From the NCBI GenBank assembly GCA_041690135.1, contig JAWLHY010000006.1, forward strand, positions 262,337 to 326,336: a stretch of DNA of 64,000 nucleotides, in the 5' to 3' direction. Positions within the stretch are counted from its first letter, which is position 1, and every line of letters starts with the position of its first letter. The stretch is from Armatimonadota bacterium. GTDB lineage: Bacteria; Armatimonadota; SYMT01. The translations under genes were made by a program, and so were the position numbers. This document shows positions 50,401 through 60,287 of the stretch, in pieces. The notes under the pieces were generated by a model that was given only the letters and a program-made list of their open reading frames with translations, was not told the origin of the DNA and searched no databases.

Positions 50401-51219
50401 CATGCCCCGGCCGCCCGGGTCCTGGTGCGTATCGCCCGGGGCACCGAACCCGCACTGCGGCAGGCCGCCATCCCGGCCCTCGGGGAAACGGCCACCGCCG
50501 CCGAGATTCCGGCACTGGTGGAAATACTGTCCCAGTCGCGCGACCCGGGCGAAATGCAGGCGGTGGAAAAGACGCTGACGACGGTCTATCAGCGGACCTC
50601 GGATAAGGAACAGTGGGTTGAAGCACTCCTGACGCGTCTCGGCGAAACGTCCGGGGAAGCAAAGTTGGCCCTCCTCCGCACCCTGAGCCTGCACGGCGGT
50701 CCGAAAGCGCTTCAGGCTCTCCGGATTGCCCTCCGCGACACCGACACCGATGTGCAGGAAGAGGCCCTGGATTTGCTGGCCGGCTGGGAAACCCCTGACG
50801 CCGCCGCGGATCTCCTCGAGGTGGTGCGGACCTCCACCAACCGGGTCCACCGCACGCTCGCCCTGCGAGCCTATATTCGGATGGCCGGGATGACTACACT
50901 GACCCCGGCGCAGCGGCTGGCCATGGGCCGAGAAGGACTGCGACAGGCCCAGCGAGATGACGAGCGCCGCCTCGCGCTGGCGACACTGGCGGGCATCCCC
51001 ACGGCAGACGCCCTGCAAACGGTTCTTCCGTTTATCGAGCAGGAGGGCCTGTCGGAAGAGGCGGGTGCGGCAGCCGTGGCCATCGCGCAGAAGCTGCTTC
51101 CGGGCCAACCGGCGGCGGTCCGCGAAGCCATGGACCGGGTCCGCCGGCACCTGAAAAACGTGGAGCTCCTCCGCCAGGCGGCGGAGCTCCACACGCGGGC
51201 CGAGCAGGCGGGGAGATGA
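47488..51219 (+). CDS. Secreted multidomain protein: ThuA-like, LamG-like, HEAT repeats
   Basis: KDHGPHEHDY, HPITRGL, DESYW, GKGRVFNSILGH; LLLWLDAS..VRFDGVDD..GDVSEVLIY; long HEAT array. Confidence 0.85.
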   Translation: MNRQWCLLFLFAVTCAASAEAAVPPPRRDLAEVRAVLARAPRVPVPSELRPLRVLLVANRKDHGPHEHDYPRWMERWKVLLGGAGSGKGTGTTPVTLYGPTSDLSRSPRPGAARVTVETARDWPTAEQLRRADLVVAFMGTGGIWNEVKLRDLKALLDRGAGFVALHAAVIAEKPHARPLAELLGLAWEGGTTFFRHGALDLKIAAPDHPITRGLPERIYFEDESYWPLVGDATRVNVLATAEETAPGTGRLQPQPMFWTHTVGKGRVFNSILGHYSWTFDDPYFRILVLRGMAWAAGESPYRFDPLVLSGARTTEKKPVATEEKPATAAPLAPDAADPNLLLWLDASDRVTMTTGPNGRVSAWKSKATRVRATLSTEGQHQPLAVPQALGGRPTVRFDGVDDVLREKAFRQAAGEWTVALVVTPQSNAGTFRALLAANQPGKDDFQTGFNIDFGAGGTGAFNTLNLEGIKGGGATNLRTDSAPFGSGHVLVLSTGSGGSRLWVNGHQEEGRGASDAVTVMEELRLGGRFYFGRETGYFHGDVSEVLIYRTQLTDAQRSGLTAHLMQKYGPDIRPPAVVSLDPWDYLPTYDWGSTRRPLAPIDEAIARVQKDSRTRKALEARLLEVLADPANTAASRDFACRRLAIIGSPASVPVLAALLGDPTLATMACFALERIPGDKAERVLVEALPRMPARHRIEVIQVLANRRSRRAVPHLARVLQHPDAGVRGAAVAALGNIGGTAALTALTTAFEQGASADRTVLAGALLLCAERSQAEGRQAEADALYERLRKADLPPHLRRSAARALILLRGAEAAPLLVEQLRSGDEPTRTAALLLVREAGGSSGTRGGWIVPAVASALAGLPPEVQVPTLGALADRGDPDAAPAVRTALRSSVPEVRLAALRALGRLGDVSDIPVLLATAAADIRDQTAAARASLAALSGNGVDAALLRALEQGELAVRAAAIEALGRRGHAPAARVLVRIARGTEPALRQAAIPALGETATAAEIPALVEILSQSRDPGEMQAVEKTLTTVYQRTSDKEQWVEALLTRLGETSGEAKLALLRTLSLHGGPKALQALRIALRDTDTDVQEEALDLLAGWETPDAAADLLEVVRTSTNRVHRTLALRAYIRMAGMTTLTPAQRLAMGREGLRQAQRDDERRLALATLAGIPTADALQTVLPFIEQEGLSEEAGAAAVAIAQKLLPGQPAAVREAMDRVRRHLKNVELLRQAAELHTRAEQAGR

Positions 51220-52550
51220 CCATGGGAGAAAAGGCTATCACCACCCGGAGAGGGTTTCTCACGCAGGCCTGTGGGGCCGGAGCCGCGCTGGCGATCCCCA
51301 CCATCATCCCGGCGCGCGCGCTGGGCCGGGACGGGCACACAGCCCCCAGTAACCGGATCAACATGGCGGCCCTGGGCCTGGGGTTTGCCTGGCAGATGTT
51401 CCTGCGAGAGGACGTGCAATACGTGGCCGTTTGCGACGTCCAGAAGGGACGTCGGGACGCCGCGAAGGCCCACGTGGAAGAGAAGCAGGGCCAGGGCAGT
51501 TGCACGGCTGTCAACGACTTCCGGGAAGCGCTCTCCCGCCCGGACGTGGACGCCGTCTATATCGCCACTCCGGACCACTGGCACGCCGCCATGATCGGCG
51601 CGGCGGCGCGGGCCGGCAAGCACGTCTATTGCCAGAAGCCACTCACCCGGACCATCGCCGAAGGCCAGGCCGCGGTCGAGGCCGTCCGGCGCCACGGCAT
51701 CGTCTTCCAACACGGCACGCAGCAGCGCCACGACGAGCGCATGCTCTTCGGCTGCGAACTGGTGCGCAATGGGTACATCGGCAAACTCCGGCACGTCAAG
51801 ATCGGCAGCCCGTCCGGCGCGACCTGCCCGCCGCAGTCCCCGCAGCCGGTACCGGCCGGCCTCGACTGGGATATGTGGCTCGGTCCTGCCCCCTGGGCGC
51901 CGTTCACCCCGCTGCGCATCGCCTCCCACCCCTGGTACCACATCTCCGATTACAGCCTGGGCTACATCGCCGGCTGGGGCGTGCACCACTGCGACAGCGC
52001 CATGCAGGGCTCCGGCCTCGACGACTACACCGGGACCGTGGAAGTGGATGCGAAGGGGATCTTCCCCGCGGACGGGCTCTTCGACAATCCCCATCGCTGG
52101 CAGATGCACTTCCGTTTCCCCGGCGGCCTCACCTGGCACTGGACCGACTGTCCCGGAGACGGCTTCGGCTCCCGGGCGGAGGGCGACTGGCCGCAGCACC
52201 GCATGGGCGTCACTTTCGAGGGGACGGAGGGCCGGGTGTTTATCTGGCGCAACCAGGTCGAGGCGGAACCGGCAAACCTCCTCCAGGTCCGCATTGGGCC
52301 TCAGGACCGGGTCCGCCTACGGGAAAACCTGCCTGGCGACTTCATCGACTGCATCCGCCAGGGGCGCCGGACGTGCGCCCCCGTGGAAGTGGCGCACCGC
52401 TCCACCACGCTTTGCGCCATTGCCGCCATCGGGATGCAGCTTCGTCGCAAGGTCACCTGGGACGGAAAACGCGAGCAGTTCGTGGGTGACGAAGAGGCCA
52501 ACCGCCTCCGCGCCCGCCATGCGCGCAATTCATGGAGCAGCAAAGGCTAA
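51216..52550 (+). CDS. Tat-exported Gfo/Idh/MocA oxidoreductase
   Basis: TRRGFL, IATPDHWHA, GKHVYCQKP, LDWDMWLGPAP, WGVH. Confidence 0.92.
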   Translation: MTMGEKAITTRRGFLTQACGAGAALAIPTIIPARALGRDGHTAPSNRINMAALGLGFAWQMFLREDVQYVAVCDVQKGRRDAAKAHVEEKQGQGSCTAVNDFREALSRPDVDAVYIATPDHWHAAMIGAAARAGKHVYCQKPLTRTIAEGQAAVEAVRRHGIVFQHGTQQRHDERMLFGCELVRNGYIGKLRHVKIGSPSGATCPPQSPQPVPAGLDWDMWLGPAPWAPFTPLRIASHPWYHISDYSLGYIAGWGVHHCDSAMQGSGLDDYTGTVEVDAKGIFPADGLFDNPHRWQMHFRFPGGLTWHWTDCPGDGFGSRAEGDWPQHRMGVTFEGTEGRVFIWRNQVEAEPANLLQVRIGPQDRVRLRENLPGDFIDCIRQGRRTCAPVEVAHRSTTLCAIAAIGMQLRRKVTWDGKREQFVGDEEANRLRARHARNSWSSKG

Positions 52551-52585
52551 GCGCCGGCTTCGCTTCTGGTGACGGTACCCCGCGG

Positions 52586-53482
52586 CTACCGGAGGGTGAC
52601 CGGGCACTGCACGCGAGCGCCCACCGCACGGCCGATCAACTTGCCCGTGCAGAGGTAGAACACCACGGCCCCAAAAGACAGGAAGCCGAGCGGCACCCCG
52701 ATCACCAGGATCACGAAACCCACGCCCAAACCGAGCCAGGACCCGGTGTCCTCGTCCGCATCGAACGCCGCCACAAGGAGCCCCGTGAGCACCCCCATAG
52801 CGCTGTGGAAGAGCGTGGTCAACACGGCAAGGACCGCAAACGCAATGATCGCGTGCGCCACCCGTGTGGCGAACAATGAGAGCAGGACTGCCCCAATCAA
52901 TGACAAAGCCGTCCACCACAGGCTGTAGACGAAACCCCAGCCAATACCGCGAAGAAACCGCCGTCCCACGGTGGGCGCGCCGTAAGCCTCGGGTACTGAA
53001 CTACGACCCGGCTGCCGGACCGCTGCCGAACGGGGAGCCGTGGTGTGAGCGGATATCGCGGCGGCTCCCTGCGCGGGCGCTGCTGCGGCTGCCGCGGACG
53101 AGCGCTGCATGTAAGACAGCAGGCTTTTCGCGTCTTCGTGGTCGGGTTCGGCCTCGAGTATTCGCCCCAGGCGCCACCGGGCCTGGTCCAGTCGCCCGAC
53201 CTGGAACAGCGCGCAGGCGAGATTGTATTCCACCGCCGGATCACGCGGGCTCAGGACGGCCGCAGTCTCCAGTGACTTCACCGCTGCATCCAGGTTACCT
53301 TGCTGGGCGTGGCAGATTCCGACCAGCGCGTGCACCTGCCCATCCGACGGCATTCGCTGGATGAGCGAGCGCAGGATCGCGAGGGCGTCGTCAAACTGCC
53401 CGGCTTCGATGTGGGCCATCGCGTCCGCTGTCGAGCCGTTCGGGATTGAAATAGCTTCCATGGTTTTATAGCCAAATGGCAT
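52586..53482 (-). CDS. TPR-containing membrane protein (start uncertain, 53482 or 53461)
   Basis: TPR helices (HALVGICHAQQG, YNLACALFQVG), linker, about four C-terminal TMs. Confidence 0.75.
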   Translation of the reverse strand: MPFGYKTMEAISIPNGSTADAMAHIEAGQFDDALAILRSLIQRMPSDGQVHALVGICHAQQGNLDAAVKSLETAAVLSPRDPAVEYNLACALFQVGRLDQARWRLGRILEAEPDHEDAKSLLSYMQRSSAAAAAAPAQGAAAISAHTTAPRSAAVRQPGRSSVPEAYGAPTVGRRFLRGIGWGFVYSLWWTALSLIGAVLLSLFATRVAHAIIAFAVLAVLTTLFHSAMGVLTGLLVAAFDADEDTGSWLGLGVGFVILVIGVPLGFLSFGAVVFYLCTGKLIGRAVGARVQCPVTLR

Positions 53483-53639
53483 GCCGGTGCTCCCCTGAGT
53501 ATCGGCCAGGTTAGCTACCCAGCCCATCATCCGAATGGATGATCGACCGCGGAGCCGGAGCCGCAAGCGGTACAATGGCGAAGGGGTTTGCCGGCGCTGC
53601 GGCCTCTCCATGCGGGGAATGATCGTAGGAGGACTTCTG

Positions 53640-54320
53640 TTGAACCGAATCACACTTCTGGTCGCCGCCGCCGTAGTCTGTGCCGCAGGCGCCCCGATCA
53701 CGACCGGGGCGCAGGGCGGCGACCTCGTCCCACTGCCCCACACGTTGCCCAAGCCGGCGTTCGCGGGCACACCCTCCGAGGCGCCGGTCGGCACAAATGT
53801 GGAAAAGCCGCTCGGACGACCTCGTCCCGTGCCGCTTGTTCCCAAGGGGACCACCAATCTGGCCCTGAAGAAGAAGGCGACGTCCGGGCGGCCACCCTTT
53901 GCCGGTTCGCTGGACCTGATTACGGACGGCAACAAGGAGGCCACGGACGGCACCACCGTGGAGTTGAAGCCGCGGACCCAGTGGGTGCAGATCGACCTGG
54001 GGGCGCCCTCCCGGCTCTTCTACATCCTCTTCTGGCACTTCCATAATGAGCCGGTGGTCTTCCGCGACGTGATCGTGCAGGTGTCCAACGATCCGGATTT
54101 CCTGGACGGGGTGACCACCCTATTCAACAACGACGTGGACAATTCTTCCGGCCTGGGTCTCGGTAAGGACCGCGAATATTTCGAGACCCGGGAAGGTAAG
54201 CTCGTGGACGCGAAAGGAGCCACGGCCCGCTACGTGCGCCTCTACAGCAACGGCAGCACCTACCGTGATCCTCTGAACCGGTACACCGAGGTCGAAGTCT
54301 ACGGCCTTCCGGCCAGGTAG
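53640..54320 (+). CDS. Secreted discoidin/F5-8 type C-like domain protein
   Basis: RBS AGGAGG before TTG; signal peptide; NLALKK, LITDG, QWVQIDLG, ARYVRLYSNG, EVEVYG. Confidence 0.82.
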   Translation: MNRITLLVAAAVVCAAGAPITTGAQGGDLVPLPHTLPKPAFAGTPSEAPVGTNVEKPLGRPRPVPLVPKGTTNLALKKKATSGRPPFAGSLDLITDGNKEATDGTTVELKPRTQWVQIDLGAPSRLFYILFWHFHNEPVVFRDVIVQVSNDPDFLDGVTTLFNNDVDNSSGLGLGKDREYFETREGKLVDAKGATARYVRLYSNGSTYRDPLNRYTEVEVYGLPAR

Positions 54321-54334
54321 TGTTGAAGGGCTCG

Positions 54335-55936
54335 ATGCGACCCGAGGCGGCCGGCATCGCTACCACGCTCCTCATCCTGGCGGTGGCGCTGGTTTTGCGG
54401 CTTCCGCACCTGGGCGACCGCCCGTTCCACGGGGACGAGGCGGTCCACGCGGTCAAGTTCCGGGAACTCTGGGAACGGGGCCGCTATGAGTACGACCCGA
54501 ACGAACACCACGGCCCGACGATCTACTACGCCGCCTTGCCGTTGGTGGCGGCAACAGGCCGCGCGTCGTTCGCGGAGACCCAAGAGGCCGATTTTCGCCT
54601 CGCCGTCGCACTGATGGGCGCCGCCATGGTGCTGCTCTTCCCCCTGCTCCGGGAGGGGCTAGGCGCTCGCGGGGCATTCTGGGCGGCCCTCTTCCTGACG
54701 GTCTCCGCTCCGTTCGTCTTCTACAGCCGCTACTTCATCCAGGAGATGGCGCTGGTCGCCTTCACGCTGGCGCTCATCGCTGGCGGGTGGCGCTACCACA
54801 TCTCCGGGCGGATCGTGTGGCTAATGGGCGCGGCGGTTGCGGCGGGGCTGGTCCTCGCCACCAAGGAGACCTCCGTCCTCACCCTTGCGGCCCTGGTGCT
54901 CGCCTGGAGGGCGTCACGATCGACACGCTCGGATGGATGCCAGGATAACCCCGCCGACGGTACGCGGGACGTTGCACTAAGGCCCAGGCGGCTCCACCTC
55001 GGCCTGGCCCTTCTCCTCGCCCTGTCCGTCGCGTATCTGCTCCTCTCCGGATTCCTCTCCCATCCTCTCGGGCCGCTGGGCTACTTCGAAACCTACACCC
55101 CATGGCTGCACCGGGCGACTGGAACCGAGCTCCACCGCCACCCCTGGCACTACTATCTTTCGCTCCTCGCGTGGCAGCAGCCGAAAGGCGGGCCCGTCTG
55201 GACTGAGTTGTTCGTCTTCGTACTCGCGACTGTAGGTCTCGTGGCGGCGTTCTCTCCAAAGGTCGGGAAACGGGCCGGCGCGCATCCCGGTTTCACTCGG
55301 TTCGTGCTGGTGTACACCCTGGCCTTGACGGTCGCTTACAGTCTCATCCCATATAAGACGCCCTGGAATCTGCTCAGCTTCTACCTGGGCTTCCTGCTCC
55401 TCGCCGGGCTCGGCGCCGGCATTCTGCAATCGTGGGTCCAACCCGGGGCGCCCCGGACCGCGGTGACGGTCCTGCTGCTCGCGGGCGTAGGCCAGCTAGC
55501 ATGGCAATCCCAACGGGCCACGTTCGACTACCGCGACGACCGGACCGGACCCTACGCCTACGCGCAACCCCTCCGCGGGGTGCGCGAGATCGAGCAGCGC
55601 GTCAACGAGCTGGCGGAGTTCAGCCCCCAGAAGGACAAGACGGTGGCCCAGGTCGTCTTCACCGACGACTACCACTGGCCGCTCCCCTGGTATCTGCGCC
55701 GCTTGAGGCACGTGGGCTACTGGACTGGTAAGGTGCCGGCGGAAGCCGAAGCACACCTGACCGGCACACCCATCGTCCTCTCTTCCGCCGAATACGACGC
55801 GGAGTTGACCACACGGCTCCAGGCCAGCCACTTCATGATCGGCTTCCACAGTCTCCGTCCTGGTGTGCTGGTCCAGATGTGGGTGAAGAACGAGCTCTGG
55901 GAACCATACATCCTGAGCCGGTCGCGGCCCCGTTAA
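54335..55936 (+). CDS. TIGR03663-type GT-C fold membrane protein
   Basis: LGDRPFHGDEAVHA, YDPNEHHGP, YSRYFIQE, TKET, IPYKTPW, WPLPWYLR. Confidence 0.85.
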   Translation: MRPEAAGIATTLLILAVALVLRLPHLGDRPFHGDEAVHAVKFRELWERGRYEYDPNEHHGPTIYYAALPLVAATGRASFAETQEADFRLAVALMGAAMVLLFPLLREGLGARGAFWAALFLTVSAPFVFYSRYFIQEMALVAFTLALIAGGWRYHISGRIVWLMGAAVAAGLVLATKETSVLTLAALVLAWRASRSTRSDGCQDNPADGTRDVALRPRRLHLGLALLLALSVAYLLLSGFLSHPLGPLGYFETYTPWLHRATGTELHRHPWHYYLSLLAWQQPKGGPVWTELFVFVLATVGLVAAFSPKVGKRAGAHPGFTRFVLVYTLALTVAYSLIPYKTPWNLLSFYLGFLLLAGLGAGILQSWVQPGAPRTAVTVLLLAGVGQLAWQSQRATFDYRDDRTGPYAYAQPLRGVREIEQRVNELAEFSPQKDKTVAQVVFTDDYHWPLPWYLRRLRHVGYWTGKVPAEAEAHLTGTPIVLSSAEYDAELTTRLQASHFMIGFHSLRPGVLVQMWVKNELWEPYILSRSRPR

Positions 55937-56063
55937 AGGAAAGTCTGCGAGCCCTCGAAAAGATCCCCTACCGGCAGCCTTTAGAAGCAGACCCCCGGCA
56001 CCGATAACTGTGGGGCACCGGACTGCAACGGCTCCGGGCGATCATTGGAGAAGGACGGTTCAA

Positions 56064-56633
56064 ATGCGTTCGAGGATAGCGGTGGGGATGCTCTGTTTCC
56101 TGTTGACTGCGGGAGCCGACCCTACGCACGCCGGTACAAGCGAAAAGCCCGTCGGCGAGGCATCCAAGGCTGGCGCACAGCCAGCGGAGAAGGGGTTTGT
56201 CTCGAAGGCCGGCCGGTTTTCTGTTGCCGCAACCGGCACACCTCGGTTCACCAAAGAATCGGTGCCCACCGCCGCAGGCCCGATCACCATGAACACGTAT
56301 ATGTTCCAGGCAGGCGCCTGCGTACAGGGCGCCATCTATGCGGACTATCCGCCTGCCGTATTACAGAAGGCGTCGAAGTCCGCCATGCTGGACGGTGCGC
56401 GAGATGGGGCGGTCCGAAATGTGAATGGGACCCTGGTGAACGAACGAGAGATCGCCTATCTGAAGCACCCCGGGCGGGAGCTGCGCATCGACATCGGGAA
56501 CAGACTCTGGCTTCTGGGGCGGATTTTCCTGGTCGGAAACCGGCTCTACCAGGTGACGGTCATCGGACCCAAGGATCAGTTTCCGGAAGAAGAGGCGAAG
56601 AAGTTTCTTCAGTCGTTTGCGCTGGTCAAATAG
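56064..56633 (+). CDS. Secreted hypothetical protein
   Basis: Signal peptide; GRFSV..P, LDGARDG, RLYQV, KFLQSF resemble a PsbP/DcrB-like fold. Confidence 0.72.
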   Translation: MRSRIAVGMLCFLLTAGADPTHAGTSEKPVGEASKAGAQPAEKGFVSKAGRFSVAATGTPRFTKESVPTAAGPITMNTYMFQAGACVQGAIYADYPPAVLQKASKSAMLDGARDGAVRNVNGTLVNEREIAYLKHPGRELRIDIGNRLWLLGRIFLVGNRLYQVTVIGPKDQFPEEEAKKFLQSFALVK

Positions 56634-56764
56634 ACGCGGACGTCGAGAGGACCGGCACGGGGACGGGAAACCGGGAACTCATCGGAAGGCCGCGGGTCCG
56701 TATGATATCGTGAAGGTAGTCCCGCTTGCTGCCGGATCCCTTCTAACCGTTGCGCGCTTTCCCC

Positions 56765-57523
56765 ATGAACCTTCGACCTATTGTCGCCCTTGCTTGCGGT
56801 CTCGCCTGCCTCGCTCCTCTTGGGGGCTCCACCGCCGATCGTCCGCCCGTGCCCGAAGAGCCGATCGGCCGGAAGAAGGAGCTCCTCTTCGCGGACGACT
56901 TCGAGGCTGACCAGCCCGCCGCCGCCTGGCACCAGGTGGTCCCGACTTTCGATTTTACAGAGGGGGCGCTCAAGGGCACCCAAACCCGCGACAAGAATAT
57001 TCCCGCGATGGACGGCAAGCGGGAGATCCGGGCCCACGCAGCGGTGCACGGTCTTAACATCCCCACGCGGGACAGCATCGTGGAGACGAAGATCCGGTTC
57101 GCCGGCGCGACCATGATCGACGTCGAGTTCGACGACCGCGCCTACAAGGGGTCGCACTACGGCCACATTTGCCGCGCCCAGGTCCGCCTCAACGGGGTGA
57201 CCCTCATCGACGAGCGCGATGGCAACATGCGCAGCGATATCTACGCGATGAAGAAGGACCCGGCGCGCAAGGCCGAGGTCGCGAAACTGCTGGTGGGGCG
57301 GCAGGTCACCTATCCCGCCAGCCTGGAGGCCAACAGGTGGTACACGCTCGTCGTCGAGACCATCGGCGACGAGATGCGGGTCACGCTCGACGGCCGACCC
57401 GCGGGCTATCTCAAGTCTTCCGGCATCGCCCACCCCACCAAGTCGAAAATCGAACTGGGAGTCGCGGGCAAAGATGGCTACTTCGACGACATTAAAGTGT
57501 GGAACGCCGAGCCCGCGAAGTAG
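56765..57523 (+). CDS. Secreted hypothetical protein, ConA/LamG-like
   Basis: Signal peptide; LLFADDFE, WYTLVVE..GDEMRV.LDG, FDDIKVW. Confidence 0.75.
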   Translation: MNLRPIVALACGLACLAPLGGSTADRPPVPEEPIGRKKELLFADDFEADQPAAAWHQVVPTFDFTEGALKGTQTRDKNIPAMDGKREIRAHAAVHGLNIPTRDSIVETKIRFAGATMIDVEFDDRAYKGSHYGHICRAQVRLNGVTLIDERDGNMRSDIYAMKKDPARKAEVAKLLVGRQVTYPASLEANRWYTLVVETIGDEMRVTLDGRPAGYLKSSGIAHPTKSKIELGVAGKDGYFDDIKVWNAEPAK

Positions 57524-57632
57524 CTTCGACATGGCCGGGCTCATCCCATCGCAAGTAAGGGCCGGCCACACCCACATCGAACTATGCATCCTGGGAGTTG
57601 TCCCCGGTGAACGTTCTAGAGGTTAAGGAACC

Positions 57633-58499
57633 ATGTCTCGTCATCACCTGACTCGAAGGTCGGTGCTGCTCATGTCGGGCGCAGCCGCCCTGGGCAGTGC
57701 ACTCCCCGGCTGGGCGGCCCCGAAATCTCGCCGCGTGGCCGTAGGGCTGGAACTCTACTCCGTCCGCGACGAACTGCAGAAGGACCTTATGGGCACCGTC
57801 CGCGCCGTCGCCAAGATGGGTTACGAGGTGGTGGAGTTCTACTCCCCCTACCTCCAGTGGACTCCCGAGTACGCGAAGGAAGTCCGCAAGCTCATGGATG
57901 ATCTGAACATCCGCTGCCTCTCCACCCACAACGGGCGCAATGGCCTGGAGGGTGACGGCCTCAAGAAGGCGATCGAGCTGAACCAGATCCTGGGCTCCAA
58001 GAGCATCGTCATGGCCAGCGCCGGCCGGGCGACGACCCAGGACGACTGGAAGAAGGTCGCGGAGATCCTCACGCAGGCATCGGATACGCTGAAGCCGCTG
58101 AAGATGCGCTCCGGCTTTCACAACCACCAGGTGGAATTCCAGGACAAGGGTGGCTTCCGGCCGATGGAGATCCTGGCGGCCAATACGCCGAAGAGGGTCA
58201 CGCTCCAGTTCGACATCGGCACCTGCGTGGACGCGGGGTACGATCCGGTGGCATGGATCAAGGCCAACCCCGGCCGTATCCGCTCCCTGCACCTGAAGGA
58301 CTGGGGCGCCGGCGCCGACCGCGGTTACCGCGTCCTGTTCGGGGAAGGCGATACCCCCTGGAAAGAGGTGCTGGACGCAGCGGAGAAGTATGGCGGCGCG
58401 GAGTGCTACCTGATCGAGCAGGAAGGCAGCCGCTTGCCGTCCCTCGAAACCGCGGCGAAGTGCCTGGAGAACTTCCGCAAGCTCCGTCCCAAGGCATAA
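57633..58499 (+). CDS. Tat-exported sugar phosphate isomerase/epimerase (xylose isomerase-like TIM barrel)
   Basis: TRRSVL, GLELYSVRD, FHNH..EF, FDIG, HLKD, IEQE. Confidence 0.9.
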   Translation: MSRHHLTRRSVLLMSGAAALGSALPGWAAPKSRRVAVGLELYSVRDELQKDLMGTVRAVAKMGYEVVEFYSPYLQWTPEYAKEVRKLMDDLNIRCLSTHNGRNGLEGDGLKKAIELNQILGSKSIVMASAGRATTQDDWKKVAEILTQASDTLKPLKMRSGFHNHQVEFQDKGGFRPMEILAANTPKRVTLQFDIGTCVDAGYDPVAWIKANPGRIRSLHLKDWGAGADRGYRVLFGEGDTPWKEVLDAAEKYGGAECYLIEQEGSRLPSLETAAKCLENFRKLRPKA

Positions 58500-58535
58500 C
58501 CCCTCAGGGTGCCCGAAGTTCCGGGGATTTACATC

Positions 58536-58581
58536 AAAAGGCACCGGCCCGACGTTTGGAAACGTCGGGCCGGTGCCTTTT
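58536..58581. terminator. Bidirectional intrinsic terminator
   Basis: AAAAGGCACCGGCCCGACGTTT-GG-AAACGTCGGGCCGGTGCCTTTT, 22-bp perfect inverted repeat between convergent genes. Confidence 0.88.
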
Positions 58582-58692
58582 CGTAATCACGCCTCTAGGG
58601 GTGCGGTCGCCTGGAAAACGAATGACGGCTTGGAATCACATTCGTCGCCCGCTGCTTGATGCTGATCGCAGCCGCTCTCTATCCTTATCTCG

Positions 58693-60081
58693 TCACTTCT
58701 TATCTACCTCCGGCCGGTGCCGGGGAAGCTGGTCCTTGAAGTTGCCGAGGCTGCGCCAGTAGGTGCGGCGGTCGAGATCCACCTCCGCGATGGCCAGTGT
58801 TCCCCACTCCTTCGCCTGGGCCAGGGTCGCACCCGTGTGGTCATAAACCGCTGTCTTCATCCAGTTAGTAGAGAGGTCCTCGTAAGTACTACTGACCAGG
58901 TAGACGTGATTCTCGGCCGCTCGCGCCACCGCCAGCTCCGGGTTGCAGCCCCACACCGGCCAGGCGATTACCTCGGCGCCCCGGTTGGTCAGCTCGCGAG
59001 CCACTTCCGGGAAGAAGCCGTCGTAGCAGACCATCATCCCCAGGGTTCCGAAACGCGTCTTGAACACCGGGTACTCGCGGCCTGGGGCGATCCCTGCGGC
59101 GACCTCACTGCGGGGCAGGCAGACCTTCCGGTACTTCCCGGCCAGTTTCCCGTCCGGACCCAGCAGCACGGCCACGTTATAGATGAGGTGCCCGGCTCGC
59201 TCCACCAGGCCCGCCACGAGGTAGAGGTTGTGGCGTTTCGCCAACGCTCCGAAGTACTCCGTGGAAGGACCGGGCACCGGCTCCGCGACCTGCTCAAACT
59301 TCAGGCCGGTGCGGTAGTAGGTCAGCGTCTCCGGGAGTACCACCAGGTCGGCGTTCTGCCGCGCCGCCTCTTCGATGAGCGGAATGAACTGCGCCCGCTT
59401 TTCCTCCGGTGTGTTTCCCTGGCTGGGGCGAAGGTGCACGGCGGCCAGCCGAACCTTCCGGCCACGGGGAGGCTCGATCTCGTCCAGCGAGACGGCGCTC
59501 CACTCCACGCGACCCGTCGGAGCCCACTGCAGATGTAGTTCCACCTTCGCCTGCACCGCGGCCTTCGGTGCACGGTACAGGCCGGAGACCTCCGTCCAAC
59601 CCCGCAGGTCGGTCGGGCCGTCGGACGGATACTCCGGCTCGGCCGGGGCAGGAGAACTGCTGCGGAGGTATTGCTCCGGAACCGGTTCGTCGCTGGGCAC
59701 CGGGCGTCCCTGAGCATCCTGCCACAGCAGCCGGACGAAGACGTTCTGTCGCGGGACGGGGAGATTGTCGCTCTTGCGGAGGACCCGGAACCGATAGTGC
59801 CTCCCACCTTCCACCCCCAGCGTGCGGGTCCACCAACCCTGGAGGCCCTCCCGGCGATCCGCACGGATGATCCAGGAGCCGCGCCCGTCCGGTCCCCCGG
59901 CAGGCTGGAACTCAAACTCCGGCCGGATCTCATCCCGAGGAGAGACGGCTTCCCAGCCCTCCGGAACCTGCGCAACCGGCGCAGCGACGGCCTCGGCCCC
60001 CGGATGCCCGGCTGCCCAGATAGCGACAGCCCCAAGCAACACCGCGCCGACTTTCACCCACCACCCAGCATCCATTCTCAC
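58693..60081 (-). CDS. Secreted carbon-nitrogen hydrolase (nitrilase superfamily) with N-terminal beta-sandwich domain
   Basis: Catalytic triad VLPE, YRKV, VCYD; signal peptide; start at 60081 or 60075. Confidence 0.88.
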   Translation of the reverse strand: MRMDAGWWVKVGAVLLGAVAIWAAGHPGAEAVAAPVAQVPEGWEAVSPRDEIRPEFEFQPAGGPDGRGSWIIRADRREGLQGWWTRTLGVEGGRHYRFRVLRKSDNLPVPRQNVFVRLLWQDAQGRPVPSDEPVPEQYLRSSSPAPAEPEYPSDGPTDLRGWTEVSGLYRAPKAAVQAKVELHLQWAPTGRVEWSAVSLDEIEPPRGRKVRLAAVHLRPSQGNTPEEKRAQFIPLIEEAARQNADLVVLPETLTYYRTGLKFEQVAEPVPGPSTEYFGALAKRHNLYLVAGLVERAGHLIYNVAVLLGPDGKLAGKYRKVCLPRSEVAAGIAPGREYPVFKTRFGTLGMMVCYDGFFPEVARELTNRGAEVIAWPVWGCNPELAVARAAENHVYLVSSTYEDLSTNWMKTAVYDHTGATLAQAKEWGTLAIAEVDLDRRTYWRSLGNFKDQLPRHRPEVDKK

Positions 60082-60287
60082 CCTCCGACTCCGCTATCCT
60101 CAAGGTGACATTCCTGGGGAGGGTGCTCGTTTCCTGCATCCGCACTCCGCCAAAATACAGCACCAGCGGCTGCGGTGCCCGCAAGAAGCCTGCAACATCC
60201 AGGGTTCATTTCGCATCGTTTAGCGAGAGAGCGCGGTGCGCGTCCCCCGTTCTCCACGTACCTGCAAGAGGAGCTGCCGTTACGAAC

